Assembly: GCA_964401835.1 (NCBI GenBank)
Contig: CAYNZP010000008.1
Coordinates: forward strand, 37,899 to 101,898
From: an uncultured Planctomycetaceae bacterium
Lineage (GTDB): Bacteria > Planctomycetota > Phycisphaerae > SM23-33
Direction: 5' to 3'
DNA length: 64,000 nt
The notes below the pieces were generated by a model. That model was given only the letters and a program-made list of their open reading frames with translations, did no database searches and was not told where the DNA came from. Below, in pieces: positions 28,892 through 37,638 of this stretch. Every line of letters begins with the position of its first letter. The first letter of the stretch is position 1. The translations under genes were made by a program, and so were the position numbers.

Positions 28892-29491
28892 CTACTCGAC
28901 CTTTTTCAGGACGCGTTCTATCGCCTCGTACTCGGTCTGCATCTCGTTGAGTTTCGTGCGATGTTCCTGAAGCACTTCTTCGGGCGTGTTTGTCAGGTAA
29001 TCATTATCGCCAAGCTGATCGGAGAGCAGGGAAATCTGGCCGGCCAAAAGTTCCATTCTCTTTTTTAGCAGTTCGATGCGATCGTTCTGGCTTGGCGTAG
29101 CCATGACCGTATCGAACACATGTTCAGCGACATAGAAGGGCACGTCCAAGCCGACACCAAGTGCAATGGCATCGCTGGGGCGTGAATCGATTTCAATCAT
29201 CTCGCCGTCTAGGCTGATAAAGAGTTTTGCGATAAAGGTATGTTCGTGAAGATCGCTTATGACTACTTTTTGCACCTCACCACCCATCTCCTTTATAACG
29301 CTTCCAAGGAGATCGTGGGTCATCGGCCGGGGAGTTTGCATTCCCTTCAGGCGACGATCGATTGCCATAGCTTCGCTTATACCAATGAGAATGGGAAAAT
29401 TCCGCTCACCGTCTTTCTCACGGAGGAAGATTACCTGCTGATCCCCAAGTTCCGTTATGAGGATGCGCGACAGTTCAACGGGCACGTCCAT
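28892..29491 (-). CDS. Bifunctional nuclease (DUF151/BFN) domain protein with coiled-coil tail
   Basis: N-terminal 130 aa match the BFN domain pattern (ILIGISEAMAI, DSRPSDAIALGV). The C-terminal 60 aa are a heptad-repeat region. Confidence 0.6.
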   Translation of the reverse strand: MDVPVELSRILITELGDQQVIFLREKDGERNFPILIGISEAMAIDRRLKGMQTPRPMTHDLLGSVIKEMGGEVQKVVISDLHEHTFIAKLFISLDGEMIEIDSRPSDAIALGVGLDVPFYVAEHVFDTVMATPSQNDRIELLKKRMELLAGQISLLSDQLGDNDYLTNTPEEVLQEHRTKLNEMQTEYEAIERVLKKVE

Positions 29492-29586
29492 TTTGCGATC
29501 CTCTAAAAATTAAATAGTCTTAATGTATTCTATTAAGCCCACTTGGCTGCTGCAAATAAATGGGCCTAACCGGGCCGAATCCCCAG

Positions 29587-32500
29587 CTATTCCAGGCTTT
29601 CCAAAGACTCCAAAACCGCTGCCAGCTCTGCCTTTAGGGCTTCGCAGCGATGGCGTTCTTTTTCGATAACTTCCTGGGGCGCTTTTTCGAGGAAATTTTC
29701 GTTGCCGAGTTTTGCCTCAATAGACTTAATGCCGCGCTGGAGGGTTTCCTTATGCTTTGTCAGGCGGACAACTTCAGCATCACGGTCGATGATATCCAAT
29801 ACATAAAGTTTTATACCACCAGCCGTAACGGCGGAAGCATTGGCAGGTGGGCTCACTGGTTCGCTGGAGACCTTTAACTCGCCCAACGCAGCCTGCGATG
29901 TAAGAAGGTCGACGTTGTCGCCTACCATCCCAGCCATCTGAGGAGTTACTTCGATAATCGCATCGACCTTCTGGCTGGGGGCTACCTCGTGTTGTTTGCG
30001 GACATTTCTGACCTTGCGGATAAGCTCAGCCATCAGCGTGAAGTTTTCTTCTGCAGCTTTGTTGATAAAGGCAGAATCAGCCTGCGGCCATTGTGCCCTT
30101 ATCAGCATGGGCTCAGCAGCAATGTCGCCGGGGCCTCGCGATGGTGCGATGGAATTCAGCGAGGCCCAAATCTGTTCCGTGATAAACGGACAGACCGGAT
30201 GCAGAAGTCGCAGGAAAACATCAAGGCAATGGGCAACAATCGCCTTGGGCGCGTTTTCACCGGAGTTAATCCGTGTCTTGATTATTTCCAGATACCAGTC
30301 GCAAAGTTCGTCCCACATGAAGTGGTAAAGCGTATCGCAAACCTCATTAAACCTGTAACTCGACATGGCGCTGGTAACATCACGAACAGTTGCCTGCAGG
30401 CGGCTGAGTATCCAGGCGTCGGCAAGGTTTTTGGTCGGATGTATTTCTCCCCAGGTGGGAATGCCCTTCAGGTTCATCATCGCAAAACGCGAAGCGTTCC
30501 AGAGTTTGTTGCAGAAGTTCCTGCCGACGTCGAACTTCGGGCTGGTGTTTACACGTCTGCCGTCGGGAAGGTCCATTTCCTCCACCGGCATGCGGACATC
30601 CTGCGTCTGGGTCGTCATCGCTGCAAGCGTGTACCGCATCGCGTCGGCACCGTGCGAGTCGATAATATCCAGCGGGTCGATGCCGTTGCCGAGGCTCTTG
30701 GACATCTTGCGTCCTTCGCCATCCTGGATCATCGCGTGAATAAATACGTCGGTAAAGGGGATATCGCCCGCACAATACTGGCCCATCATGACCATGCGTG
30801 ACACCCACAGCGTGATTATCTCACGGGCTGTGCAGAGCAAATCGCCCGGATAATACTTATTAACTTCTGGCGTATCTTCCGGCCAACCCAGCGTACTGAA
30901 AGGCCAAAGTGCACTGCTGAACCATGTATCGAGAACGTCTGGGTCTTGTTTAAACTCGGAAATTAAATCTTTTACTTTATGGGCAGCGGTACCTGCTTCT
31001 TTACTTGGGAATTCGGGAGATGCTCGATAAGGTGCTTCTTCCCCAGGAGTATGGTTGCGAGCTTGATAAAGCTCAAAAAGCTGCTCGATTTTGTGCAGGG
31101 CGCTATCAGCACTACTTCCATTTGTGCATATATAAAACTCCCATCTTTCACCCACTACACTAACATGTTTAGCCAAGAAAGAGTTATGGGGCAAATTCAT
31201 CAATTTTGCATAGTCATCTAATCTCTTATTGAGAGTGTTGATATATGCATCAGAATCCTCAGCAGCGCAAATAAAATCGTCGTTGGCAGAAGGAACCATA
31301 GGTTCTAAGTACCATACCGGTATCTGGTGACCCCACCAGAGTTGTCGGCTTATTGGCCAATCGCGGAGGTTTTCGAGCCATGTTTGATAGGTCTTGGCAT
31401 ATCTTTCGGGCACGAATTTAACCCGGCCGTCAAGCAGGGGCTTTAGCGCCAGGCCGGCAAGTGAATTTACAGGCACATCCGTATCTTCAATAAGGCCCTC
31501 GTCGGGCATTGTCGGAATCGGCTTTTTGACGGCTACATACCACTGGTCGGACAGATATGGCTCGATCGGCACGTGGCTGCGGTAGCTGTGGCCGACCGGA
31601 TGAGTGTACTGGCGGACATCTTCGAGGAGGTTTTCCTTGCGGAACCATTCGACGATTGCTTCGCGTGCTTCGAAACGGTCCATGCCCAAAAGAATTTCGG
31701 CATCGCTTTCGGCAGCGTCTTCCCAGCCGTACTTATCGGAAATGCTGCCATCGGGGGCCATGACGTTGATAATCGGCAGGTCATGGCGTTGACCTATCTG
31801 CCAGTCGTCCGGGTCGTGGGCCGGCGTTACCTTTAAAAAGCCCGTCGAGAAACGCGCCTTCTCATCTTCGCTTTCCGGGTCGGGCAATACAACGTGCTCG
31901 TCGGCAATGATCGGAATCTTTCGGCCGACTATCGGCAGGCGAACCATCTGGCCAACAAGCAACTCCGCACGCGGGTCGGAAGGGTTCATCGCAACGGCTG
32001 TGTCGCCCAGCATCGTCTCGGGGCGTGTAGTAGCGACGGTGACATGTTCTATTTTGCAGCCGTCAATTTCCACCGGCTTGACAAGTGGATATTGCAAATA
32101 CCAGAAGTTTCCGGCAACGTCCTCGTGTTCGACCTCGTCATCGGCCAGTACTGTTTGCGTTGCGGGGTCCCAGTTTACCAGTCGCTTTCCGCGGTAAATC
32201 AGGCCGTCTTTGAATAACTTGAAGAAAGTCTCCCGCACAGCCCGTGCGCAGGTATCGTCCATGGTAAAACGAGTGCGGTCCCAGTCGCACGAGCAACCCA
32301 TAAGTTTTAGCTGGTTGAGAATGCGCTGTTCGTACTCATCCTTCCATGCCTGAACGCGGCCTACAAATTCTTCTCGCTCGAAATCGGTGCGGCGTTTGCC
32401 TTCCTCGGCGAGTATCCGTTTTTCGACTACGGTCTGCGTAGCGATGCCGGCATGGTCCGTGCCGGGCATCCAAAGCGTATTAAACTGACCCATACGCTTG

Positions 32501-32703
32501 TAGCGAATAAGAACGTCCTGCAGTGTATTATTGAGCGCATGGCCAAGGTGCAGCGGAGCTGTCACGTTGGGCGGGGGGATAACGATGCAGTACTTCCGCC
32601 TTTGGTCGGTTGGGTCTGCCGCGAACGAGCCAGCCTCAATCCAACTTTTGTAAACCTCTTGCTCTACGCTTTTGGAATTATAAACTTTGTCTAATTCAGC
32701 CAT
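29587..32703 (-). CDS. valS: Valyl-tRNA synthetase
   Basis: 1038 aa. PPPNVTAPLHLGHA (HIGH), KMSKSLGN, editing domain, and C-terminal coiled coil. Confidence 0.9.
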   Translation of the reverse strand: MAELDKVYNSKSVEQEVYKSWIEAGSFAADPTDQRRKYCIVIPPPNVTAPLHLGHALNNTLQDVLIRYKRMGQFNTLWMPGTDHAGIATQTVVEKRILAEEGKRRTDFEREEFVGRVQAWKDEYEQRILNQLKLMGCSCDWDRTRFTMDDTCARAVRETFFKLFKDGLIYRGKRLVNWDPATQTVLADDEVEHEDVAGNFWYLQYPLVKPVEIDGCKIEHVTVATTRPETMLGDTAVAMNPSDPRAELLVGQMVRLPIVGRKIPIIADEHVVLPDPESEDEKARFSTGFLKVTPAHDPDDWQIGQRHDLPIINVMAPDGSISDKYGWEDAAESDAEILLGMDRFEAREAIVEWFRKENLLEDVRQYTHPVGHSYRSHVPIEPYLSDQWYVAVKKPIPTMPDEGLIEDTDVPVNSLAGLALKPLLDGRVKFVPERYAKTYQTWLENLRDWPISRQLWWGHQIPVWYLEPMVPSANDDFICAAEDSDAYINTLNKRLDDYAKLMNLPHNSFLAKHVSVVGERWEFYICTNGSSADSALHKIEQLFELYQARNHTPGEEAPYRASPEFPSKEAGTAAHKVKDLISEFKQDPDVLDTWFSSALWPFSTLGWPEDTPEVNKYYPGDLLCTAREIITLWVSRMVMMGQYCAGDIPFTDVFIHAMIQDGEGRKMSKSLGNGIDPLDIIDSHGADAMRYTLAAMTTQTQDVRMPVEEMDLPDGRRVNTSPKFDVGRNFCNKLWNASRFAMMNLKGIPTWGEIHPTKNLADAWILSRLQATVRDVTSAMSSYRFNEVCDTLYHFMWDELCDWYLEIIKTRINSGENAPKAIVAHCLDVFLRLLHPVCPFITEQIWASLNSIAPSRGPGDIAAEPMLIRAQWPQADSAFINKAAEENFTLMAELIRKVRNVRKQHEVAPSQKVDAIIEVTPQMAGMVGDNVDLLTSQAALGELKVSSEPVSPPANASAVTAGGIKLYVLDIIDRDAEVVRLTKHKETLQRGIKSIEAKLGNENFLEKAPQEVIEKERHRCEALKAELAAVLESLESLE

Positions 32704-32741
32704 GCTTTTTTAATACCGTTAACTCGTTAATTCAAAGAAGA

Positions 32742-34322
32742 TTACTTCAGCAACTTGTATTCTATTGCATCTATCAAAGCAAGCCACGACGCATCGATTA
32801 TATTTTCGCTGACGCCGACGCTGCCGAAGTAGGCGGTGCTGCTGGTCTCGTGCCAATCGATAACGACTCGCACCTTGGCTGCGGTCTCCGCGGCGGTGTT
32901 TACCACGCGGACCTTATAGTCGGCCAGATGCAAATCATCTACCTGCGGATAGGCCTTGCGTAAGGCTGCGCAAAGAGCGTTATGCAGCGAATCGACCGGG
33001 CCGTCGCCTTCAGCCACCCTGTGACGAACAACACCGTCAACCAAAAGCTTAACTATTCCTTCGGTGTTGGCTGTCTCGCCGTCTCGCTTGAGTATGACGC
33101 AACGATAATGGTCAAGGTCCCAAAGCTTGCGATACCACTTTCCGCCAAGCGTTTTTCGCACGAGAACGTCAAGGCTGGCCTCGGCGGCCTCGAACTGATA
33201 GCCCTGGTTTTCCATTTCCATTATCTTTTTGAGAATCTTGCGCTGGGCGACCTTGTCTTTGGCAATCCTGTATCTCTTGTCAACGGACGCAGCGATATTG
33301 CTGACGCCTGAAACCTCGCTGACCAATATCCGCCTTGTATTACCAACGGCGGAAGGGTCCATGTGCTCGTAAGTGGCCGCGTTTTTATTTACGGCATGTA
33401 CGTGCATTCCACCTTTATGAGCGAAGGCCGAAGCGCCTACAAAAGGCTGATTTTCGCGCAGGTTAAGATTAGCCACCTCGTAGATGAACCGGCTGGCCTC
33501 GGTAAGTTTATCCAACTTGTTTCGACCCAGGCAGCTGTAACCGTATTTTACGACAAGGTTCGGTACGATAGCGGTTAAGTCAGCATTGCCGCAACGCTCA
33601 CCGATACCGTTTATCGTTCCCTGCACCTGCACTACACCGCCAGTAACAGCAGCGAGCGAATTCGCCGTTGCCAGATCGCAGTCGTTATGACAATGAATGC
33701 CAAGTCTGGCCTTGGGTAGTTTCGCTTGAACCGCGCCAAGGCATTCGCATACCTGGTTCGGCAGCGAACCGCCGTTCGTATCACAAAGCACAAGCGTGCT
33801 GGCACCAGCGCTCATGGCTGCGGCGAGCGTCTCGATTGCGTAAGCCGGATTAGCACGCCAGCCGTCAAAGAAATGCTCTGCATCGAAGATAGCCTCCCGG
33901 CGGGCTTTTTTCATATAGGCTACCGAGTCGGATATCATCCTTAGGTTTTCTTTGAGGCTTACATTTAGAACATCTCGAACGTGCAGGTCCCAACTCTTGC
34001 CGACGATGGTTACAACCTTAGCCCTGCAGGCAAGCAGAGCCTTCATGCCGGCATCGTCTTTTGCCTTCCTGCCTTTTCGACGGGTCATGCCGAAAGCAAC
34101 GATCTTCGACTTTTTGAGCTGTTTTTTACGCAGGGCCTTGAAGAACGCTTCGTCTTTTGGATTACTCAGAGGATAACCGCCTTCGATGTAATCGACACCA
34201 AGAGAGTCGAGCGTATCGACAATCAAAAGCTTATCCTCGAGCGAAAGGCTCACGCCCTGGGCCTGTGTGCCGTCTCGAAGCGTGGTGTCATAAACTTCTA
34301 TTCTTTTTCTTTTATGTGCCAT
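32742..34322 (-). CDS. cimA: (R)-citramalate synthase / 2-isopropylmalate synthase family (CimA-like)
   Basis: VYDTTLRDGTQ and HCHND(C)DLA motifs plus a C-terminal LeuA-dimer regulatory domain. About 525 aa, typical of CimA. ATG at 34322 with AAGGTG RBS preferred over the GTG at 34331. Confidence 0.75.
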   Translation of the reverse strand: MAHKRKRIEVYDTTLRDGTQAQGVSLSLEDKLLIVDTLDSLGVDYIEGGYPLSNPKDEAFFKALRKKQLKKSKIVAFGMTRRKGRKAKDDAGMKALLACRAKVVTIVGKSWDLHVRDVLNVSLKENLRMISDSVAYMKKARREAIFDAEHFFDGWRANPAYAIETLAAAMSAGASTLVLCDTNGGSLPNQVCECLGAVQAKLPKARLGIHCHNDCDLATANSLAAVTGGVVQVQGTINGIGERCGNADLTAIVPNLVVKYGYSCLGRNKLDKLTEASRFIYEVANLNLRENQPFVGASAFAHKGGMHVHAVNKNAATYEHMDPSAVGNTRRILVSEVSGVSNIAASVDKRYRIAKDKVAQRKILKKIMEMENQGYQFEAAEASLDVLVRKTLGGKWYRKLWDLDHYRCVILKRDGETANTEGIVKLLVDGVVRHRVAEGDGPVDSLHNALCAALRKAYPQVDDLHLADYKVRVVNTAAETAAKVRVVIDWHETSSTAYFGSVGVSENIIDASWLALIDAIEYKLLK

Positions 34323-34366
34323 AACCGTCACCTTTTAAATTTGTGGCTCTCGGTTCCTTTGATAAT

Positions 34367-34432
34367 AAAAAAACCCTGAAGCTGAATCCGCCTCAGGGCC
34401 TGTCTTTTCCTGTATTTCAAAGAGCCCTAAGG
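34367..34432 (-). terminator. Attenuator: terminator hairpin + U7 with alternative antiterminator pairing, in the cimA 5' leader
   Basis: Minus-strand RNA: CCCUGAGG-CGGAUUCAG-CUUCAGGG then UUUUUUU (34398..34367), 44 nt before the cimA ATG. CCUUAGGGC (34432..34424), which overlaps the leader-peptide stop codon, can pair 9/9 (one G-U) with GCCCUGAGG, the terminator 5' arm. Confidence 0.7.
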
Positions 34433-34543
34433 TACGCAGCCGATTACTATAATTACTCCAATAATGCTAATAATGCCGGCGCGAACGCTGGATACGCTTA
34501 TTTCGGCATCTTTATATACCAGATTGTCGCCAGCTTTTCGCAT
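34427..34543 (-). CDS. Ile/Val-rich leader peptide (38 aa) of the cimA-valS attenuator
   Basis: Hand translation: MRKAGDNLVYKDAEISVSSVRAGIISIIGVIIVIGCVP*. It has 8 Ile and 6 Val, with 9 of the 11 residues 24-34 being Ile or Val. Its stop codon is embedded in the antiterminator strand. Confidence 0.7.
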   Translation of the reverse strand: MRKAGDNLVYKDAEISVSSVRAGIISIIGVIIVIGCVP

Positions 34544-34590
34544 TGTTTTCTCTTATCGGCTAAACTCTTTAAGTATATCTTAGAATTTAG

Positions 34591-34618
34591 ATTATATATT
34601 ACCAACACATGGCGTCAA
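34591..34618 (-). promoter_or_regulatory. Sigma70-type promoter for the leader-cimA-valS transcript
   Basis: Minus strand TTGACG - 16 nt - TATAAT, about 50 nt upstream of the leader peptide ATG. Confidence 0.55.
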
Positions 34619-34668
34619 CGAAGATTGTATTTCCTCGGGACAGCCAAATGTTTGTGGGCTTTGTTATA

Positions 34669-34697
34669 TTGGATTCGTCGGAAAGATTTTCTATAAT
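34669..34697 (+). promoter_or_regulatory. Possible promoter for the ykgJ-hisS operon
   Basis: TTGGAT - 17 nt - TATAAT on the plus strand, 86 nt upstream of the ykgJ-like gene. GGAG RBS present. Confidence 0.3.
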
Positions 34698-34783
34698 CGC
34701 CTGGGGCTAATGTAAATGGGTTTTTGCTGCCGATAAGCTAACATTCTTGTCGTTTTGAACAATGAAAATTTTGGAGAGTTGTA

Positions 34784-35200
34784 ATGAGTTTGACGTGTAA
34801 ACAATGTGCTGCGAAATGCTGCAATTATTTTTGCTTTGAAATCGACGAACCGGGCGATTACGAAGAGTTCGAAGATATCAGATGGTATCTCTGCCACGAG
34901 GGCGTGACGGTACATATAGACGATGGCGATTGGTATATCTCCATCGCCAATAAGTGCAAAATGCTAGCTGACGATAACAGTTGCAGGTTTTACGAGAACC
35001 GCCCGCAGATTTGCAGGAATTATTCACAAAAAGGCTGCGATGACATAGGTGGCGATTACGGCTATGATGAGCACTTTGAAACCCCCGAACAACTCGAAGA
35101 GTATGCCAAAAAGGTTCTGGGCAAAAAGATATTCGATCGCGAGCGGGCCAAGTTTCGCGCCCGGGCAGAGCAAAAAGCCAGGAAAAACCAGGTCAAATGA
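34784..35200 (+). CDS. YkgJ-family cysteine-cluster (CxxCxxCC) protein
   Basis: CKQCAAKCC and later NSCRFY / PQICRNY motifs typical of UPF0153/YkgJ. The stop overlaps the hisS start. Confidence 0.65.
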   Translation: MSLTCKQCAAKCCNYFCFEIDEPGDYEEFEDIRWYLCHEGVTVHIDDGDWYISIANKCKMLADDNSCRFYENRPQICRNYSQKGCDDIGGDYGYDEHFETPEQLEEYAKKVLGKKIFDRERAKFRARAEQKARKNQVK

Positions 35201-36471
35201 AGATACAGTCAGTAAAAGGAACGCGTGATTTTTATCCCGACGCCATGCGTCTGCGTAATTGGATATGCGACAACTGGCGGAAGGTATCGCTGCGCAATGG
35301 CTTCGAGGAATACGACTCGCCCATTTTCGAGTATCTCGACCTTTTCACGATAAAAAGCGGCGATGAAATCGCCAGCCAGCTTTTCAACTTCACAGACAGG
35401 GGAGGGCGGTCCCTGGCCATTAGGCCGGAGATAACACCCTCGCTTGCCAGAATGGTCAACGCACAGATTAACTCGCTGCCTAGACCCATAAAGTGGTTTT
35501 CCATTCCCCGCCTTTGCCGGGCCGAGAATCCTCAAAAAGGGCGGCTGAGAGAGTTTTTCCAGTGGAATATCGACGTTATCGGCAGTGACGACGTCCTTGC
35601 AGACGCTGAATGCCTTTTAGTCGCAGTCGATTTTCTACGGGAAATCGGACTGGACAGTGATGATGTCAAAATCCAGATAGGCTCGAGGCCGCTTACTATG
35701 GCAGTTCTTAAGGCTATCGGAGTCAAAGATGGCAGCTACGAGAAGGTTCTTGCCGTCCTCGATAAGCGTCCAAAGATAGGTGAAGAAGAGTTCGCCAGGC
35801 TTTGCAAAACTGCAGGCATTGATGATGAGCAACGCGATGCTATCTGTAATTTTCAGGATGTGGAAAATATAGACGCCTTGAAATCTTTCGGGGATAAATA
35901 TTTTTCCGACTGCGAAAAGCAGCTGGAAGATATGGGGAATCTTTGGCAACGGCTGGATAAATTCGGTGTTGCAGACTATTGCGTTCTGGACATGCGGATT
36001 GTCCGCGGCCTGGCGTATTACACCGGCATTGTTTATGAAATTTTCGACGCCAAACAGTCTTTGCGTGCCGTCGGCGGGGGCGGCAGATATGACAATCTTT
36101 TGCAGGTCCTGGGAGGCCCAAAAGTTGGCGCAACAGGATTCGGCATGGGCGACGTCGTGCTGGGAATTCTGCTTGAAGAAAAAGGTAAAATCTCTTCCGA
36201 GATACTATCGGGCAGCTTGGACTATTTTGTAATTGACGGGGAAGATGGCCTGTTCTCAAAAGTAATGGAACTGGTCAGTCAGTTGCGAGCCAGGCAGATT
36301 TCCGCAGAATTCAGCTACAAACGGCAAAACATTGGCAAACAGCTCAAAGAAGCCAACCGTCGCGGTGCAAAGTCGGCCTTGATAGTTAGAGACAATGAGG
36401 TAGCAATCAAAAACCTTTCTACGGGTGAGCAGGCGGAGAAATCCCTGGACGATTTTTTAAAATCTCTTTGA
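35197..36471 (+). CDS. hisS: Histidyl-tRNA synthetase
   Basis: KGTRDFYPD class II motif 1, RPE, GGGRYD motif 3, anticodon-binding domain. Confidence 0.9.
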   Translation: MKIQSVKGTRDFYPDAMRLRNWICDNWRKVSLRNGFEEYDSPIFEYLDLFTIKSGDEIASQLFNFTDRGGRSLAIRPEITPSLARMVNAQINSLPRPIKWFSIPRLCRAENPQKGRLREFFQWNIDVIGSDDVLADAECLLVAVDFLREIGLDSDDVKIQIGSRPLTMAVLKAIGVKDGSYEKVLAVLDKRPKIGEEEFARLCKTAGIDDEQRDAICNFQDVENIDALKSFGDKYFSDCEKQLEDMGNLWQRLDKFGVADYCVLDMRIVRGLAYYTGIVYEIFDAKQSLRAVGGGGRYDNLLQVLGGPKVGATGFGMGDVVLGILLEEKGKISSEILSGSLDYFVIDGEDGLFSKVMELVSQLRARQISAEFSYKRQNIGKQLKEANRRGAKSALIVRDNEVAIKNLSTGEQAEKSLDDFLKSL

Positions 36472-36489
36472 ACATCATGACAGGGGGCT

Positions 36490-37011
36490 ATGGCAAATCG
36501 AAACATACATTACGAAGCCGCCTTCGAAGATTACCTGCGAGGCAAAGGCTGGCCGTATGTCGCGGTAGATGAAAATAAAAAGGCGATCTTCGGAAATGCG
36601 GGCGTCAAGAGCTTCGATTTCCTTGTATACAGTGAGACAGGACCTAACTTGCTTGTGGACGTAAAGGGTAGAAAATTCCCGGACCCCACAGCCGGTTCCA
36701 AGAGATCCAAGAGCAAGAGGTGGGAAAATTGGCTAACCAGGGACGATGTTGAGGGTCTGGAAAAGTGGCAGAAAGTTTTCGGCAAGGATTTTTTGGCTAT
36801 GCTGGTTTTTGCCTATTGGCTGCAGGGACCTCCGCGAAAAAGTCCTTTCGATGATGTGCATATATTTCGTGAAAAGAATTACGCATTTGTGGGTATTACT
36901 CTGGTGCAATATTTGACTCAGGCAAAGCCAAGAAGCGCCAAATGGCAGACCCTTTCAGTGCCCTCAGCTTTATTTTCGGATAAAGCCGAGGACTTGGCGG
37001 CTTTTCTCTGA
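36490..37011 (+). CDS. HYExAFE-family protein with a PD-(D/E)xK nuclease-like core
   Basis: NIHYEAAFEDYLR N-terminus, then FDFLVY ... LLVDVKGRK matching the hhhD ... (D/E)xK restriction-endonuclease-like motif. Confidence 0.6.
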   Translation: MANRNIHYEAAFEDYLRGKGWPYVAVDENKKAIFGNAGVKSFDFLVYSETGPNLLVDVKGRKFPDPTAGSKRSKSKRWENWLTRDDVEGLEKWQKVFGKDFLAMLVFAYWLQGPPRKSPFDDVHIFREKNYAFVGITLVQYLTQAKPRSAKWQTLSVPSALFSDKAEDLAAFL

Positions 37012-37088
37012 GCAACAGCCTTGGGGAAGCAAGTTTGCAATGCGAACTCATAAAGCTATAATTCAGTAAACACTTGGGAGTTTTTGAT

Positions 37089-37292
37089 ATGAAAAAATAC
37101 CGGTTTCTTCTTTCTGTTTTGTTGCTCATTACAACAACCGCGAGTGATTTCGCTTTGGCATTATCTGATGGATACGAATCTCCAGAGCTTAAGGATGAGG
37201 CGCCATGGACAGCAATACTCTACCTCGTAGTTGCTCTGGCTGGTATTTGCATAGTAGCATTCAAAAACTCCAGAAGGACACACCTGGATTGA
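37089..37292 (+). CDS. Small membrane protein (68 aa)
   Basis: GGGAG RBS 8 nt upstream of the ATG, N-terminal hydrophobic segment, and a C-terminal TM helix (AILYLVVALAGICIVAF). Confidence 0.5.
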   Translation: MKKYRFLLSVLLLITTTASDFALALSDGYESPELKDEAPWTAILYLVVALAGICIVAFKNSRRTHLD

Positions 37293-37307
37293 TTGGGAGA
37301 TAGCACC

Positions 37308-37610
37308 ATGAAAAAGCCATTAATAGTTTTGCTTGTGATTGTCAACGTGGCGCTTTTGGCTGGGTTGTTTTGGGAAGTCGCCACACCAAGCGCTAAAGCT
37401 CAGACAATTGGCGGCGGGTCGGACTATATCATGATTACCGGCAAGACCGGAAGTAACTGGGATGCAGTGTATGTCATCGATCTGGGCACCAGGCGGATGG
37501 CTGCATGGAGGTTTGAAAAGGGTCGAAGGAGAATGATACAGTTCAGAGGCCGCGAACTGACTACCGATTTTGGCCGAAGAACTCGCCAGCCAGGAAAAAG
37601 TACCTATTAA
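37308..37610 (+). CDS. Small N-terminally anchored protein, paralog A (101 aa)
   Basis: GGAG RBS, one TM helix, then an ~60-aa domain GGSDYIMITGKTGSNWDAVYVIDLGTRRMAAWRF that is homologous to the next gene's product. Confidence 0.55.
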   Translation: MKKPLIVLLVIVNVALLAGLFWEVATPSAKAQTIGGGSDYIMITGKTGSNWDAVYVIDLGTRRMAAWRFEKGRRRMIQFRGRELTTDFGRRTRQPGKSTY

Positions 37611-37638
37611 GAGTCAACTGACATCCGGAGAAATCGCC

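Noticed and set aside
29989-30808. Several 110-270 aa ORFs in other frames within valS
   Set aside because: All are nested inside the 1038-aa valS reading frame. They have Arg/Ser/Cys-rich non-protein-like composition.
34343-34915. 117-aa plus-strand ORF and 74-aa minus-strand ORF in the cimA / ykgJ divergent region
   Set aside because: The plus ORF is Asn/Tyr/Ala low-complexity and overlaps the promoter, leader peptide and attenuator on the minus strand. The minus ORF overlaps the ykgJ-like gene start. The leader/attenuator model explains the region better.
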